A DNA stretch of 62,288 nt, the filler included, from Asterionella formosa (taxonomy: Eukaryota): the NCBI GenBank assembly GCA_002256025.1. It is 4 parts of 4 records of this genome, joined end to end, with 100 filler letters (N's around TTAATTAATTAA, not from the genome) between each part and the next. Parts side by side here need not be neighbours in the genome. Positions count along the whole stretch, not along the records: positions 15,620 to 31,113 come from NKIB01005413.1; positions 31,214 to 46,706 come from NKIB01005416.1; 2 more parts are not named here. The stretch is one strand, 5' to 3'. Numbering within the stretch: position 1 is the stretch's first letter; each line of letters begins with the position of its first letter. The translations under genes were made by a program, and so were the position numbers. A model generated the notes under the pieces. That model ran no database searches and had not been told where the DNA came from. It was given only the letters and a program-made list of their open reading frames with translations. Positions 23,382 through 36,267 of this stretch are shown piece by piece.

Positions 23382-24868
23382 ACGAAAAATAAGATATATA
23401 TGTATTCTCGGATCCAAAAACCTTTTATTCTTATAGTTGTGTTTTCACCTGGCTTGAATTGGTGGCAGCAAAGTCTCATATGAATTGTGCCAATTGATAA
23501 TCATTAGTTTCAAATTTTGTTTGGAAATCAATGTGTTAGAGGATGATCTGAGTGACAAAGAATGCCCTGGCTGTCTTCGAAAGTCAATTGACAATAACAC
23601 ACATTGACCACAGAATAATCTAAACTTATAGGGTCACAAGGTTGCTTGCATTAGCTAGTTGTCATGAAAAGTGGATTTAATTAGTATAGTAATAACAATG
23701 GAATCTTTATGGTAGAATGCATAATATCATGCTGAAAACGTCGAGATACTGGAACCACAATAATATGATGTGTCAATTCATAAACAAAATTTGATATGTT
23801 GTAAATAATGCATCTAACTTATATGTTTGTTTACCTATTCAAAAAGTCATCAGGGCATTCCTATCAGCAACCTGCTGGATTGAATTCGCTCACTATGAAT
23901 GAATAGAAGCTGTGGTGACACGAATTCCATTATCCACTCAACCATCCTTGAACAGGGACCTTGATTTCTCGGAATCTATGACGACCCACAACTGCAAGTG
24001 GCTGGGAAGAACACTACATCTTCTAGTCCGGCTGACTCCGGGCTGGGGAGCAACGTTCATTCCGACATGATGTCCCTAATAGTCATTCAAATTGGATGAT
24101 TCTACGAAAAATGCGCCAAAAAATAGAGATCAGGTTAACCTAATTCTAGAATCATTAGAAAATATAATTTATGCACCACTTGATTCGAAACTATATTTTA
24201 ATAAGGGCTATCAGCCAGAGAATTATTGGAGTTTACGCTTTATGAGAGGCAGTTACCTAAATTTTGGTTGCAACTATACCAGAACAGAGGGAGTATGAGC
24301 TACTCCTATATGCTAGTGTCAAGAATATAGCATCAATGGCTATAATGAGTCACAAGGACTGTGGACTCGACTATGGTCCAATGAGTCAAATGGTGCGTTC
24401 CCATGTCAAGAAGCTTGCTAACGAGATTGATGTCTTAGATCAATCAGAAGAAGGTTTACATCAACGAAAAGGGAACACGAGGAACAGGTTCTCGAAGTGT
24501 GATAAATGGGATTGAAACTTAGTTTTAGTTTAAGCTTATAATTAAGAAACAGTGAGAATTGACAGAGTAAGGTCAATAGCGAAAACTAGCACGAAGGCTA
24601 GCAGCAGAAAGAAGATAACAATACTAGTGGTATAACAGGTAAGTCCTACGTAAGAGGAACACGTCAGACGGGAAGGAGTACGAGACCTTTCAACATGCTC
24701 CTAGTAGCTATGCATGAAATCACGTACTATTCATGATCATTCATGTGTACATATGTATCTATAGTACAAATGGGTGGTATGTTGGTCATGTGCGGAATGT
24801 AAAAGGGGAACACGTCTCACTTGTCAGGGATGCCATGATATACATAGACTGTGTTTATCGTTGTATAA

Positions 24869-25500
24869 GGGCATCATCACCGCATTGACCAAATACCAAG
24901 CCAATTGAAGTTGCAGGTCGTTACACGGCATGGATGCATCATGTTAGTCGAAAAAACAAAAATATTTTAGCCACTACATCGACCAAGATCAAATATGCTT
25001 TGGTCTTGGTCGAGGATGACCCCCTTATCGACTAAAATCAGGTATTTTGTCGATTAGACTACAACCATAGCCAAATAAAAGAAGCACTTCTATTGGTTGA
25101 GATTGTGCCTTGCACTGGCACACTAATGTTTATGGTTTATTGTATACATAATTGCACTACTTTCACTATAGTCTCTTCTTCATGAAGAACTCGATAGGCC
25201 AATGTCATCTTGGTGCATATATGTATAGAGGAGCCAACATCATAAAATAAAAACCATGATCAAAAATGGGTTCCGGTCTCAGCCAGGTAGCAACAAGTGA
25301 AGACGCGGGCAATCACTGGGAATGATCAGAAAGCAAGCAAGTTTTGGAGCAGGGTGTTCGAGATTTATGTTGAGCTCATCCCAGATGGGAAGGATCGCAC
25401 CTCAACGGCATCCACTGCCCAATGGGGAACCGTCAATCTAGATGTGACGAAGTTTTGCAGAAGCTATTATTCACAGGTTACGTCAAAGTCCATTACCTTC
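24869..25500 (+). mobile_element. PIF/Harbinger relic: Myb/SANT-like ORF fragment with a possible left TIR
   Basis: SEDA/ITGNDQKASKFWSRV...RTSTASTAQWGTVNLDVTKF..YY matches the Harbinger ORF1 pattern. TAA + GGGCATC at 24866-24875 resembles a TSD plus TIR. Confidence 0.6.
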
Positions 25501-25874
25501 ATTGCAAAAAAATTTCCAAAAATGCACAGCCAATGAGTTAGTCCAGCAAATTTATGTTAACTTTTTTGACTAAATATCTGGCGAATCAATAATCGTTTCT
25601 ATTAGCTAATGATAGACTTTTTTCCTAACTAATTTTTAAATGACTTTTTTTTACTAAAAAGAATCTTAAATTACGCTATTCAATTCATTATCAGAAATCT
25701 AGAACTTGTCTTTTGCTCTTCAAAATATTAATGTAAATAGCCACAATATACCGGTTTATGCATGCTATGCATCATATCATGCATGCGAAAATAAAATGAA
25801 GTCAGAATGTAAATTGTAAATCAAAGGAGAATGAAATGTAAGCATGAAGTAGTTTCCTAATAGTTCATATGTAA

Positions 25875-27950
25875 ATCTAGTTAGACATGTATGTGGATGC
25901 CGTTCTTTCAACATTTGGTTGAGAATTTAAGTAACAGTCTTCTCTGGACCATATGCCTCATAGATTCGGTCGATTGTAGCATGTGCAGTGTACCCAACTC
26001 GAACAAGACCTGCCACTGTATCCCAGAAAACCTTGCGTCGATAATAGATAAATTTTGTCCTCCCCCTCTCTACCCTTGTAAATATCCTTGCTGGTTTTCG
26101 TCCTGTAATTCCAACTTCCTATTCTTGCCAAAGAACAAATAGTGTTTTTGGTGTCTTGTTGGAAAGGCTACTTTTGTCTGTTCCAAAGCCATCTTTGTTT
26201 GTTTGTCGTCATTGCCTGCTTGGTTGTTGTTGTTGGTTCCTATGAGTGACAGCAACATTTTCGACATTTGAATTCAGGTTGTTGTTGGCATTTGTTATGC
26301 CGAAAGCAAAATTAGAAACACTGCCCCTGAGCATTTGTGCTGGCATCCGGGAAAGTCGATTCAAGCTTTTCTGCATCTTGCCCATCCCTTTCTTGGTCAC
26401 GGTGCTTGTAAGGATGGAAATCTGGTTTTGAATCTCCTTCACCTCTCGTTGAATCTCCCTTTGCTGTGAGTACAGCCCAAGGAATTCATTCTTGTTCCGG
26501 TTCCTCTGAATAAATGCATTGACGGCTTGTTGTTGGTGCTGCTGCTGTACGCCTCCTCCTCCATTATTTCCTGTTGAAACTTCAGCGACTTCTTCACCCA
26601 CATTGTTCGAAAACTCATCTGAATCCCAGATCTCGTCAATACAGAGTTCCGCCTCTGGACCATTCTTCTTCACAACAATTAGCCGTTTCCCCACAGGATT
26701 TGTACCTGGTGGTAGATTACTTACAAGTGCGTATGCCATCTGGATCCGCTGTGTCAGCTTGCCTGGTAAGAAACCCAGTAGACTTGGCTCAAAACCCACC
26801 CAAAGGAGTGGACGTGCCAGCATTAGTACTAGTGCCACAGTACGTGGAAACTCCATGCATATATTTGGCACTACATATTGCAGAAGCCAATCATCAGACA
26901 CACCGCTTTCTTCATTCAGAACATACTTGCATGGGCCGCCAATGCAAAGGGCTGCCGCAACCTTGGCGTCTGGATAAGGTAGCTCAACATCAATGTAAGT
27001 GTCAACTTGTTATCTGCGCCGTTTCCAGCGTCCACGGAAGGCAAAATCATCCCGGGAGCAGCCATTTCGACGTGCATGTGTTGATGGGTAATTCCGAAGG
27101 CTGTGTGCGCCAATCAAACCATTGTTCATTCGTTTGAACTCATTACTTTCCCATACATCATCACGCAGAATTGTATAGGCCTTTCTTTTAGCATTTGATG
27201 GATTGTTGGTTTGTAGAGAAAACAACCATGGATCTTCTGGTGATGCGCCTTTTTCCATACATTCTGTCTCAAGATGAACGGCCAAGGGAAGGAGAACGCA
27301 ATAGTCTTGCGACATGGCTGGATGCAATGAGTATCTGGTTTGGTGCCTCCCTCTCTTCCTTAGCGTTTTTTGTCCAACACAGCTCGGCCATCAGAGTGAA
27401 AGGAAATCGAAGATTTGCAGTTAGGTTTCTTTTTGTTAATTGCACACAATCGTCAATTCGGCCAACCATGTGGAATTGAAAGGCACACAGTGCAGGCAAC
27501 TGATACCGACAGATACTGTCCTTGGATGAATGAAGGAATTGCATTGTATTGGAGAACTCTTGGGATTCTAGGGGTCGCCTTGCTTGTGATGGTTTCCCTT
27601 GTCTGCGCACTTACTTCTTTTTTACTGCCTTGATGAGGTTATTGACAGGCACAGACCTTGTTGGATTTCCACTGTGCATAATAGCATTCCAAGTGGAGAG
27701 TCGATTTGGCATAAAATATGACAATGCCTTTTTGTAGTATTCCAGGGAAGAAGACCGGCCATTTGTTGGATTGTCATCATTTTTTGGATCAGGACGGCCA
27801 TACACTTTCATAGCCATCCATTTGTAGACATCCTCAGGTGTAACTTCCCCAAGTTCCTCTGGACTAAACTCGTAGCTTTTAGAATATTCTATGCCATATC
27901 TGTATGACATTGTCTGCAAATAAAAACCATCATATTTCCATGATGCATCA
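25875..27950 (-). mobile_element. Decayed CryptonS-type tyrosine-recombinase transposon with a GCR1_C-like C-terminus
   Basis: Joined frames give RSSSLEYYKKALSYFMP...GNPTRS..VN.LIK, GRIDD (R), WTKN (K), HSLR (HxxR), RGRW (W), QVDTY (Y), LPYPDAKVAAALCIGGPCKY and C-terminal YRRKVFWDTV..LVR.G....IDRIYEAYG. Stops at 27611 and 27010 plus frameshifts. Confidence 0.88.
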
Positions 27951-30039
27951 TTGGATTATGATCATCTGATCATAATTTTTCGTTATATCATCTAATAATT
28001 TTGATAAATGCCCTCGTAATTTAAAAAGTAACCCTTTTGACTATGGAAATTTAATTAATATATGTATTGTTTCTTTTAGTTTCCTTTATTTAAATTTCTT
28101 CGTAGGATAATGTACCAGTTAGCAGATTAATGTGGTTTGGCTCATCATCCTCACCAGTCCTCACTCTGATTCTTGCAACAACGACAAAGCAGCCATGTCG
28201 AGAGGAACGAATGTTTGTGATAAAATCTTCATTTGTTGTTCAAGTCATCATATGTCTTCGATGAATCATCATCTACATTGTACAGTATGTTTGTACTATG
28301 CAATCTGTTAAGAGCTTGAAAAGAAATCCAATGAAAACGAAATGGCTCATCACAGCACAAGACGAATATTTCCGGCCGGTCTGTCACTAGAGCATCAATC
28401 AGTGTGACAACCTCAATCATAGCTAAACAACATCCATTATAGAACAGCACAATCTACTTCTCCGTAACATCGTCTCTCTAACAAGAACTTAATACATCTA
28501 GAATTGAAATGCAGCATAGCAGGCGATATGCACAAAGAAGCATGAGACTGTCTATTTATAGTAACAGAGTGATTCTGGTTTCGTAATTTTCATGTCTCAT
28601 TAGATTTTCTTTGTCATTGTTCTAGTTCCTTACCTTTAAAGACAAGAGCGTATTCTTTGATGTATCTGGAATATTTCAATGGATGGCAGCAGTCGTTATT
28701 AGACACAAACCTCAACAAAAGCACCAGTACCTTGTAGATGTTCATGAAAAGCGAGACACTTTGCTTGGCCTATCGCCCACCAGCCAGTCTATACTGCAAA
28801 AATGCAAGAAGCAAGCACAAGTTGAATGCCCATTTATGGATTCAAGTTTCAGTTGTGCAACAATGTAAAATATTAGAAACCGGAAGTCACATTTCATCTA
28901 ATTACGGTTTTCATTAGCTATACTAGTATTGATTGAGAGGAAGCAATGGTAGAATAGCTGCCAAACGGGCGGGGGCAAACACAGAGAATCCTACTAATTT
29001 TTCTCCCCAATGATTCCAGACCCTTTTTGAATGTCACTTGCTACAGAAAATGTAGAACAGCCGCCATGATCTGTTGATTGTTGCTTTATGGTGCCACTGA
29101 CCGAGACCTCCAGAAATCTCAATGAGTTGCTTGTTTCTTGTATTGAATGGTGCAAAAGGGATCGAAACCAGTGGAAAAATCAAAAGGTAACTAATAATGC
29201 TCTGCAAAAATCCGGACAATTGTGAAAGAGAAATGAAGGTTCTTTGGAGGAGAAGTAAAGGGATAATTGCTTCTGGTCTCCTTGCGGGAACAAGAATGGA
29301 TTGAATCAAACAATGTTGACAAATAGATACCTACCGGAAAAGGAAGCATTGCTTTCGGCATCATCAATCTATACACAAGCCTGCGCCATCTGATGTTGTC
29401 AATATAGCTCCCTTGACTTCATCAATGAAGAATTAGATGGGTGGAGCATGTGAGGAAAATCGGGGTTGAGGTTTTCTTGACGCCAACGTGGACCTGCTTG
29501 GCTGAACTCCTTGCAGATGAAGGCATTGAGTAACCTGGGCCTGTGAAGCCAAAGGATAAAGAAAAATCTATGACAAGGGTGCGTTGTGAGATAGTGTTTA
29601 GGAGGGGGAGCAAAAGTTATCATAGCTGAACGCATTCGAAACTTGTATAAACAATAAATGGTGGCATGCCATGGCTGCTCTTGGCTGACAGCTGCCAAGT
29701 CAAGTGCAAACACAACGAGGCTGCACAAAAGACAGTCCAATTTTAATCGACTGGCTGATACTACTTAGTTGTGAGACTCACCATTCTGCAATGGGGTGGA
29801 CTTTGATCATTGCTTTGTTCAAAGCACAATCAATTCGAATGCTGTCCAGTGAAACAGCCAATGAAAACAATTGTGGCGAAAAAGCGCAGAACAGATCAAA
29901 AGACTTCATAGGAATTAAAATAACAGGGCATATATGATGCACTGCTCCTTGTGTAGACTAGCTATATTTGATCATTTCCATATTTCATACTATACAGGTG
30001 CATGGATGACTCCTCCCGCCCTTTCATCAGATATGCAGC

Positions 30040-30230
30040 CATGTTGCGATAATTCTACAGGACCTATAGGATTGGTAGTCTGTTGGTCATCATTTCCGCA
30101 TTGTATATACCAGCAGGAGTCATGTATGCATGCATGCTGCGATAATTCTTACAAGACATAAACATTTGGTAGCTTGGGGGTTATCACTTCCGTACTGTAT
30201 ACAGGGGGGAAGCAGGGGTTGCATGCATGA
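30040..30230. repeat. Two diverged tandem units of about 95 bp
   Basis: CATG.TGCGATAATTCT.ACA.GAC...TTGGTAG...TCA.TTCCG.A.TGTATA...AGCAGG occurs twice. Confidence 0.65.
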
Positions 30231-30865
30231 GCAACTACTCCGGTATAAACTATGATCTTTAATCAATGAATTTAGATTTGTTTATCCTATACCTTTGATC
30301 ATAACATATTGATCATATGATGAACGGTGTCGTTGATGAGAAAATGAACGATCAACATTTATTTTCAAGAATCAGGATTAATTGATCTTAAAAATATGAT
30401 CAAATGATCCTAAACACATGAGCATATTCAGTTTTCCGCTTCACTATTGTGGTATTTCCATGATAGAAGTAATTACCAGCAATTATACAGTACTATCGGT
30501 AGGCCATATGAATTTTGGTCAATATGTCTATGTCTATATACATAAATGTATGATTTCGACCATTTGAAAAATTGGTGATGACTACCGTTTATTAAGGGGC
30601 TTAATTAAATCAGCCACTGACTTGTAGGTACAAGAATTGACACAAAAAAAAATTGAAAAAACTCAACAGGTCGTGGAAAACTATGAACTCATCATGCATT
30701 GTATATATTTGAATTATGTATAATCAAAATTGATATTAGTATACACAGGATGTGCCGTATAATGAGCGGTTTAAAGCTATGCAAATGTTCAACTATGTAT
30801 ACATTTAAACTTCTTACAAATCTTTATGTATATGTATTCATGGCTGAAACATTTGAAATCATGTT

Positions 30866-31113
30866 TTCATGTTCCTTGTCATGCATACAGCCACTTTGCT
30901 CCTGAATTGAAGGATTAATACAGATGATGACGCGGAAAACGAAAGTGATAATAAAGCACAATGATACTTGCGGCTTAGAAGAGAAGGGCGGAATCAATTG
31001 ATGGTAAGTCAAGAGCAGATGCCTTTCATGTTCCTTGTCATGCTGCATCCACTTCCTCAAATGAAGGATCTCAAGCAACACATGATGCGAAAAACTGAAG
31101 TGACAATACAGCA
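30866..31113. repeat. Two diverged repeat copies about 160 bp apart, running into the scaffold end
   Basis: TTTCATGTTCCTTGTCATGC...CCACTT..TGAAGGAT...AAGTGA.AATA.AGCA occurs twice. Confidence 0.65.
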
Positions 31114-31213
31114 NNNNNNNNNNNNNNNNNNNNNNNNNNNNNNNNNNNNNNNNNNNNTTAATTAATTAANNNNNNNNNNNNNNNNNNNNNNNNNNNNNNN
31201 NNNNNNNNNNNNN
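31114..31213. other. Artificial scaffold-joining linker
   Basis: N44-TTAATTAATTAA-N44. Confidence 0.97.
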
Positions 31214-32559
31214 TTTTCGCTTTCAACACTTCCATATTTGTAGAAATGTTCAATAGGAAATGTTCAATAGGCAATGTTCAATCATCCTCGCTTTGTTTGC
31301 GCTGCTAATAGACTGAGCCGCCTTGCCCGAAGGCACAGTCGATTTCTTTTTTGCCATAAATTGGATGCATATTATGAGCTGAAAATTGTATACTGGTATG
31401 TACTCATTTCCTTTCAAGTGTTTTTGCGCCGGTTTATGATGCTCAAGTTACTTAGGCACTATCAAGTGACAGGGATAAGGATATGACAGGAATCATACAA
31501 CAAATAAATCGAAGGCGATATTTTTGTATTATGCTACGTATATCATATAAAAATGAATCCTCAAAACATGGGGTAATCCGTGTTCTGGCAATATTTTCGT
31601 CGATCGCACTTTTCAACCAATATTTTAGGAGAAACCAATTGCTATAAACTAATATCTAATGACATAGCCTTAAAGCGTACATGCTCAAGATTAGGGTCGA
31701 AGTTTTAAAATTAACAAATCTGCATTTGGGAGGGTCAAACCGTGTTTTTCTCCTGCTCAGTGGGTCACAGCAGTTCCAATTTTTTTTTAGTGGGTCACAG
31801 CAGTTTTTTACTGGTACCTCCCGGGACCGCAAGGTGGCCATTAAATTTCCCGAATACGAAGATCGAAGATTTTGCTGCGTTAGCTTCGCAATATTCAATC
31901 TTCGTTTTTCGGGCACCATACGTTTCAGCCTAAGAATGTTAAAGTGAGCTCATCTACCGGTACGTAGTTATGACTCACAGTCAAATGAGTCAAACACGAT
32001 TCGAATGAGTCGACTTTGATGTACCAAGCTCTCATCAACCACATGTTCCATGTTGTTACTCCAGCTATAATGAGCCAGACGATATAAGCTATTTCCGAAG
32101 ACTGATAGTTTGAAGTGAATGATCAATGATTATAAACATATGATCAGTAAGTGTGAGATAGACATGGGTATATCTATGAATTTATGTTTCTAACAAATGT
32201 AAACAGCATTTGGTGAATGGTTAGTTTGTTTGTTCAAACCGAACAACCTAAACTAGTTTAGTAAACTCACAATAAGAATACAGAAACGAAAGAGAAATGA
32301 ACGTCTCTATCTATAGTCTTCTTTGTCTAACGATGTAGATATATCGAATAAAGGAAATTCTTTAACATAAGAACATCACCCAAATTAAAATAATTCATTT
32401 ATACAAACGTCAACCACTTTTTTTGTACTGACTTTCATATATGACCAGGTTGTACTTCATGTCATGTAGCATAATTCTGTGGAATCTGAATTTGGTCATT
32501 TTGTAATATAATATAGACATACATAAAAATTCAACAATGCACTCCTCATTCAATAGGCG

Positions 32560-33225
32560 ACTAAAAAGTTTGATACGTCCAGAAGCAGGCCGCGCACTAC
32601 TTGGCGGCTTGGTTGCAGTTGCTGTTCTCTTATCTTCCACACGACTCAAGGGCTGTACATTGGGATATCAACCCTTCTCAATAGATGTGTACCTTGACAA
32701 CCAGGCGCTGATTTCTTGTATTGATCCTCTGACACCTTAGCACCCGAATATGATCTGCCTGGTACAAGCAACACTTATGGTAGCAACAAAGCATAATATA
32801 CAGCTTGTCCCCTTCCATGTGAAATCTCACCAAGATCAAGAAACATCTTATGCCAAACTACCATGGGAAGCCAAGCTCAACTGCGATGTAGACAAACTTG
32901 CGGCAATAGCTCGGATTTGCACTCGCTTTAACACAGGGGTTGGACGGCCTTACATTCTAGTAACCCCCCCCCCCCCGGTCATCATGGCGCAACCTTACAG
33001 ATTAGCAATCAGTGGATTATGAGTCATGTCTCCATGGCCATAAGGGAGACAAGTTATAGGGAGGAGTTCGAACGGTATATAATCACACGGCTTGGTTGGG
33101 ACATTAAGGAAATCTTTGACACGATTGATTGGCCAGTGCGCAAGAGAGCAGCAAAGAAAATCAAAGGCACGCAACAAATCACCCTATTTAAATTGAAATT
33201 CGATCTGTTTGCAACTATGAAAACA
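32560..33225 (+). mobile_element. Non-LTR retrotransposon relic: RNase H domain and downstream region (Ambal-like)
   Basis: GGLVAVAVLL...IDVYLDNQALI, HVKSHQD...LPWEAKLNCDVDKLA and YIITRLGWDIKEIFDTIDW, broken by stops and frameshifts. Confidence 0.75.
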
Positions 33226-33281
33226 GTTGACACACCATTAGGACCGCAGCAACCTGTTTGTTTAATGCGAATTGTTACAAG

Positions 33282-33720
33282 TACATTAGCTCTATTCTAT
33301 AAAAAGAAACATAGAACCAATTTTAGTCATAGATGCTGGTACCCTTGCTATTGCCACTGTGTATGTTTGTATATTGTATATATTGTTAGCTTGCTTGTGT
33401 AATATATACTTCCTGTTTATCTTTGTCTTTATATTGAATGACTTGTGTCCATTGACAATCAATCTGTTCTTATGAAATCTAAACAGAAATAGACATTACA
33501 AGATTACATTAGCTCTATTGTATAAAAACCAATTTTAGTCATACATGCTGGTGCCCTTGCTATTGCCGCTTTGTATGTATGTATGTTGTATATTTTGTTT
33601 GCTTGCTTGTTTAATTTATACTTCCTGTTTATCTTTGTCTATATATTGGTCACTGTTTCCATTGACGATCAATCTGTTCTCATGAAATCTAAACAGAAAT
33701 AGACATTACAATTTTACATT
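33282..33720. repeat. Tandem duplication of a unit of about 220 bp
   Basis: TACATTAGCTCTATT...AACCAATTTTAGTCATA.ATGCTGGT.CCCTTGCTATTGCC...ATGAAATCTAAACAGAAATAGACATTACAA occurs twice. Confidence 0.9.
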
Positions 33721-34804
33721 GAAAATTGAAATAAATATTGATTGATTTGCTATATAGTGTCAGCACAGGTATCAATTTCAGCACAATCGCATCCATGGTA
33801 GTCATCAGGTGTCTATGGGCAAACTGTTTTGGAAATGTAGTGTCTGATTTGGTTGTGATGGGGTTCTGTGGACGTGATTGGCCGAAATTCAGGGATACAG
33901 GGGGATCGCAATTAGGCCATGGTACAGAAGGCAATGACAAGACATTTGGTGGGAAGGTTGATGATGCAGCGGTAACATCAGTGGCAACGTCATTGTGACC
34001 ATTGCAGGATGATGGGGTTGGTTGTGCCGCAAGCATTGTAATGTGCGTCATATGGTTGTTCCTACAAAAATGATTTATCTACAGCAATTTATCATCGTGG
34101 CAGGGGGAACCCTGCCTGACAATGGCGTCAAGCAAGATATTCATGCTACCACCAACAACACAACAGCATCACCACTGACTGCTACTGATCTGAACTTCAA
34201 ACAACCGGCTCACAACAATAGACACCTGCACAATAAACTAACAAGTTCCAATGGCCACTCTGGTGCCACAAAAGCAGTGCCAACACCACATCACCACAAA
34301 GATGTGTTTCAAGAAAAGTTTGGCAAGGCGCAAGAAGTCACAATGGCATGCAGTGAAGTAGCCCAGTTTTGCCTTTCAGTATCCTCACTAGCATGAGAAC
34401 CTTGCCTGATTAAAATTGAACCCACCCTTAATTGACCCCTCACATGCCCTGTTGGCCCCTTTTGGCACAGCTAGGCATCCTGGTGATGTTTGTATGAAAT
34501 CATACCTAATTTGGAGAGAATCCAATCTTTAAGATTCAACATGCATAATCCTACAATATTTGGTGTAGCCAGAGGAGTTTAAATGTAATCTCATGGCTGG
34601 TCATTGCACCTTCTGTTGTGATATAGCTTATAAAGAAGAGTCAATACTGGTAACAGCATCCTGGATGCAATGGCATCATCTGGCTTGCATATTCCCTGTG
34701 TTGAATCACAGATCTCACATCTGACTTTTGAAATTCATGATAATAGGGGAGTATAGTCACACAATATGCCATGGGTAACAATAGATGCAGTGTATGGTTG
34801 TTAT

Positions 34805-35651
34805 CTACTTGCTCTTTTTGCTCTTTTTCAACGCCGACCCGCTTGAATGAGCCGCATCCATAACATTTCGATTACCCACCTTGTCTCTTGTATACTTGTC
34901 TAATTCTGCAAACGTTCTTGGTGGCAACGCGTCCACGATGATTTCAATTGATGTACTGTTGGGGTGGTTCGATGCAATTGTTTCCAATGCATGTGGAGCT
35001 TGTTGTTCAATGAGTGACACAACATGACCCAGTTCGACCCCCGACAAAAGAAAAATTCGTTCCGACAGAGCTGCCTTGGTGTCAAGAGATGTGGGAGAGA
35101 CTGCGCGTTCAGAAACATCACCTGCAGGAAGGCTAGATGGCGAGGACGCTGCTGCAGTTGCGGTTTCCAGATCTGGTTCGCCCACGTCAACTAATATGGA
35201 AGCGAAATGAAACGAGAACGCATAAGTCACCAAGTACAAAAACAAAACAAAATGCAAGCTTTGCACGTCACTACACAACTGAAACCCCCCAACTCACACT
35301 ACACTTACACTCGGCTTTGACCTTTTTGTAGCGCTCTTCAAATCTCCTTGAAAAGCTCTTGGCCAATAGCCAAAAATCGCTTCCATCACTATTGTAGGTC
35401 TGACAATTGCTCCATATGAGTCGCACGTCTTGAGCACAGTCATGGGCGTTGGCATACACGCCCCGTTCTAGCTTCCTCTTGACCGTTCCCAGATCCATCA
35501 TTTTGGTAATTACTTTGGGATAATCCCAGAGTTCGAGCTCTCGCCAGGCGACTGGTTCACAAAACGGGCTTGCGTCTGGTCGGCTCATTAAATGATTTAC
35601 CAGCTTGGTCATTCGACGAAGGCTTTCTTGCTGAGAGGGTTTGGAGGACAT
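34805..35651 (-). CDS. Bromodomain and extra-terminal (BET/GTE-like) protein; exons 35651-35309 and 35190-34805
   Basis: Bromodomain PFCEPVAW...DYPKVITKMMDLGTVKRKL...DVRLIWSNCQTYN and ET domain SLDTKAALSERI..LSGVELGHVV...IEIIVDAL. Intron GTAAGT...TTAG at 35308-35191. Confidence 0.9.
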
Positions 35652-36267
35652 GGTAGCAACAGAAACGAGTGAGCGATGCTGTGGTGTCGTGCTTTGTTAT
35701 ATAAAATGGTTCAGATTTTATACATGATGGATCAGAGATGGTTTTATTGTATATATCATATATAATTTACGATATACTAGGAGTAATACACTGTACTACC
35801 GGTATATTATTTACTCTCTCGAGGTAAATAAATATTTTGGCAGCACCTCAGCATCATCGCACATATTAGACTATACTAACTAGTACATTGCTAAATGGCG
35901 GGATAGGAATATAGTCAAATTACAATCTACTACTATATTACTGCGTAAAATAGTATATGATTCGTTTATATATTAATACGAATGCTATTATGCTGACTTA
36001 ACCAATGTAGTATTATTATCATGTTATGGTTTGAACTCTATTACCGGAAAGTCCAATGCCAATTAAAGTGTATGACACTTGCAAGTATTTTCCAATCACT
36101 ATAGTAAAAACACCCAAATAAATCCTCATGGATCAAAATGTTGCAATCAATGTCTCCCATTCAAAGATCTCCATTTGGTTGGGAGGGTACATGGTCCCCT
36201 GATGTTCCATCTTGCTTCCGAAGTTTGTTGAGCTGTGACAAAATCCCCAGGGGAACATGGATCCTGA

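Noticed and set aside
28100..29950. Coding-like decayed sequence upstream of the Crypton
   Set aside because: All frames tried are broken and I could not recognise any motif; needs BLASTX.
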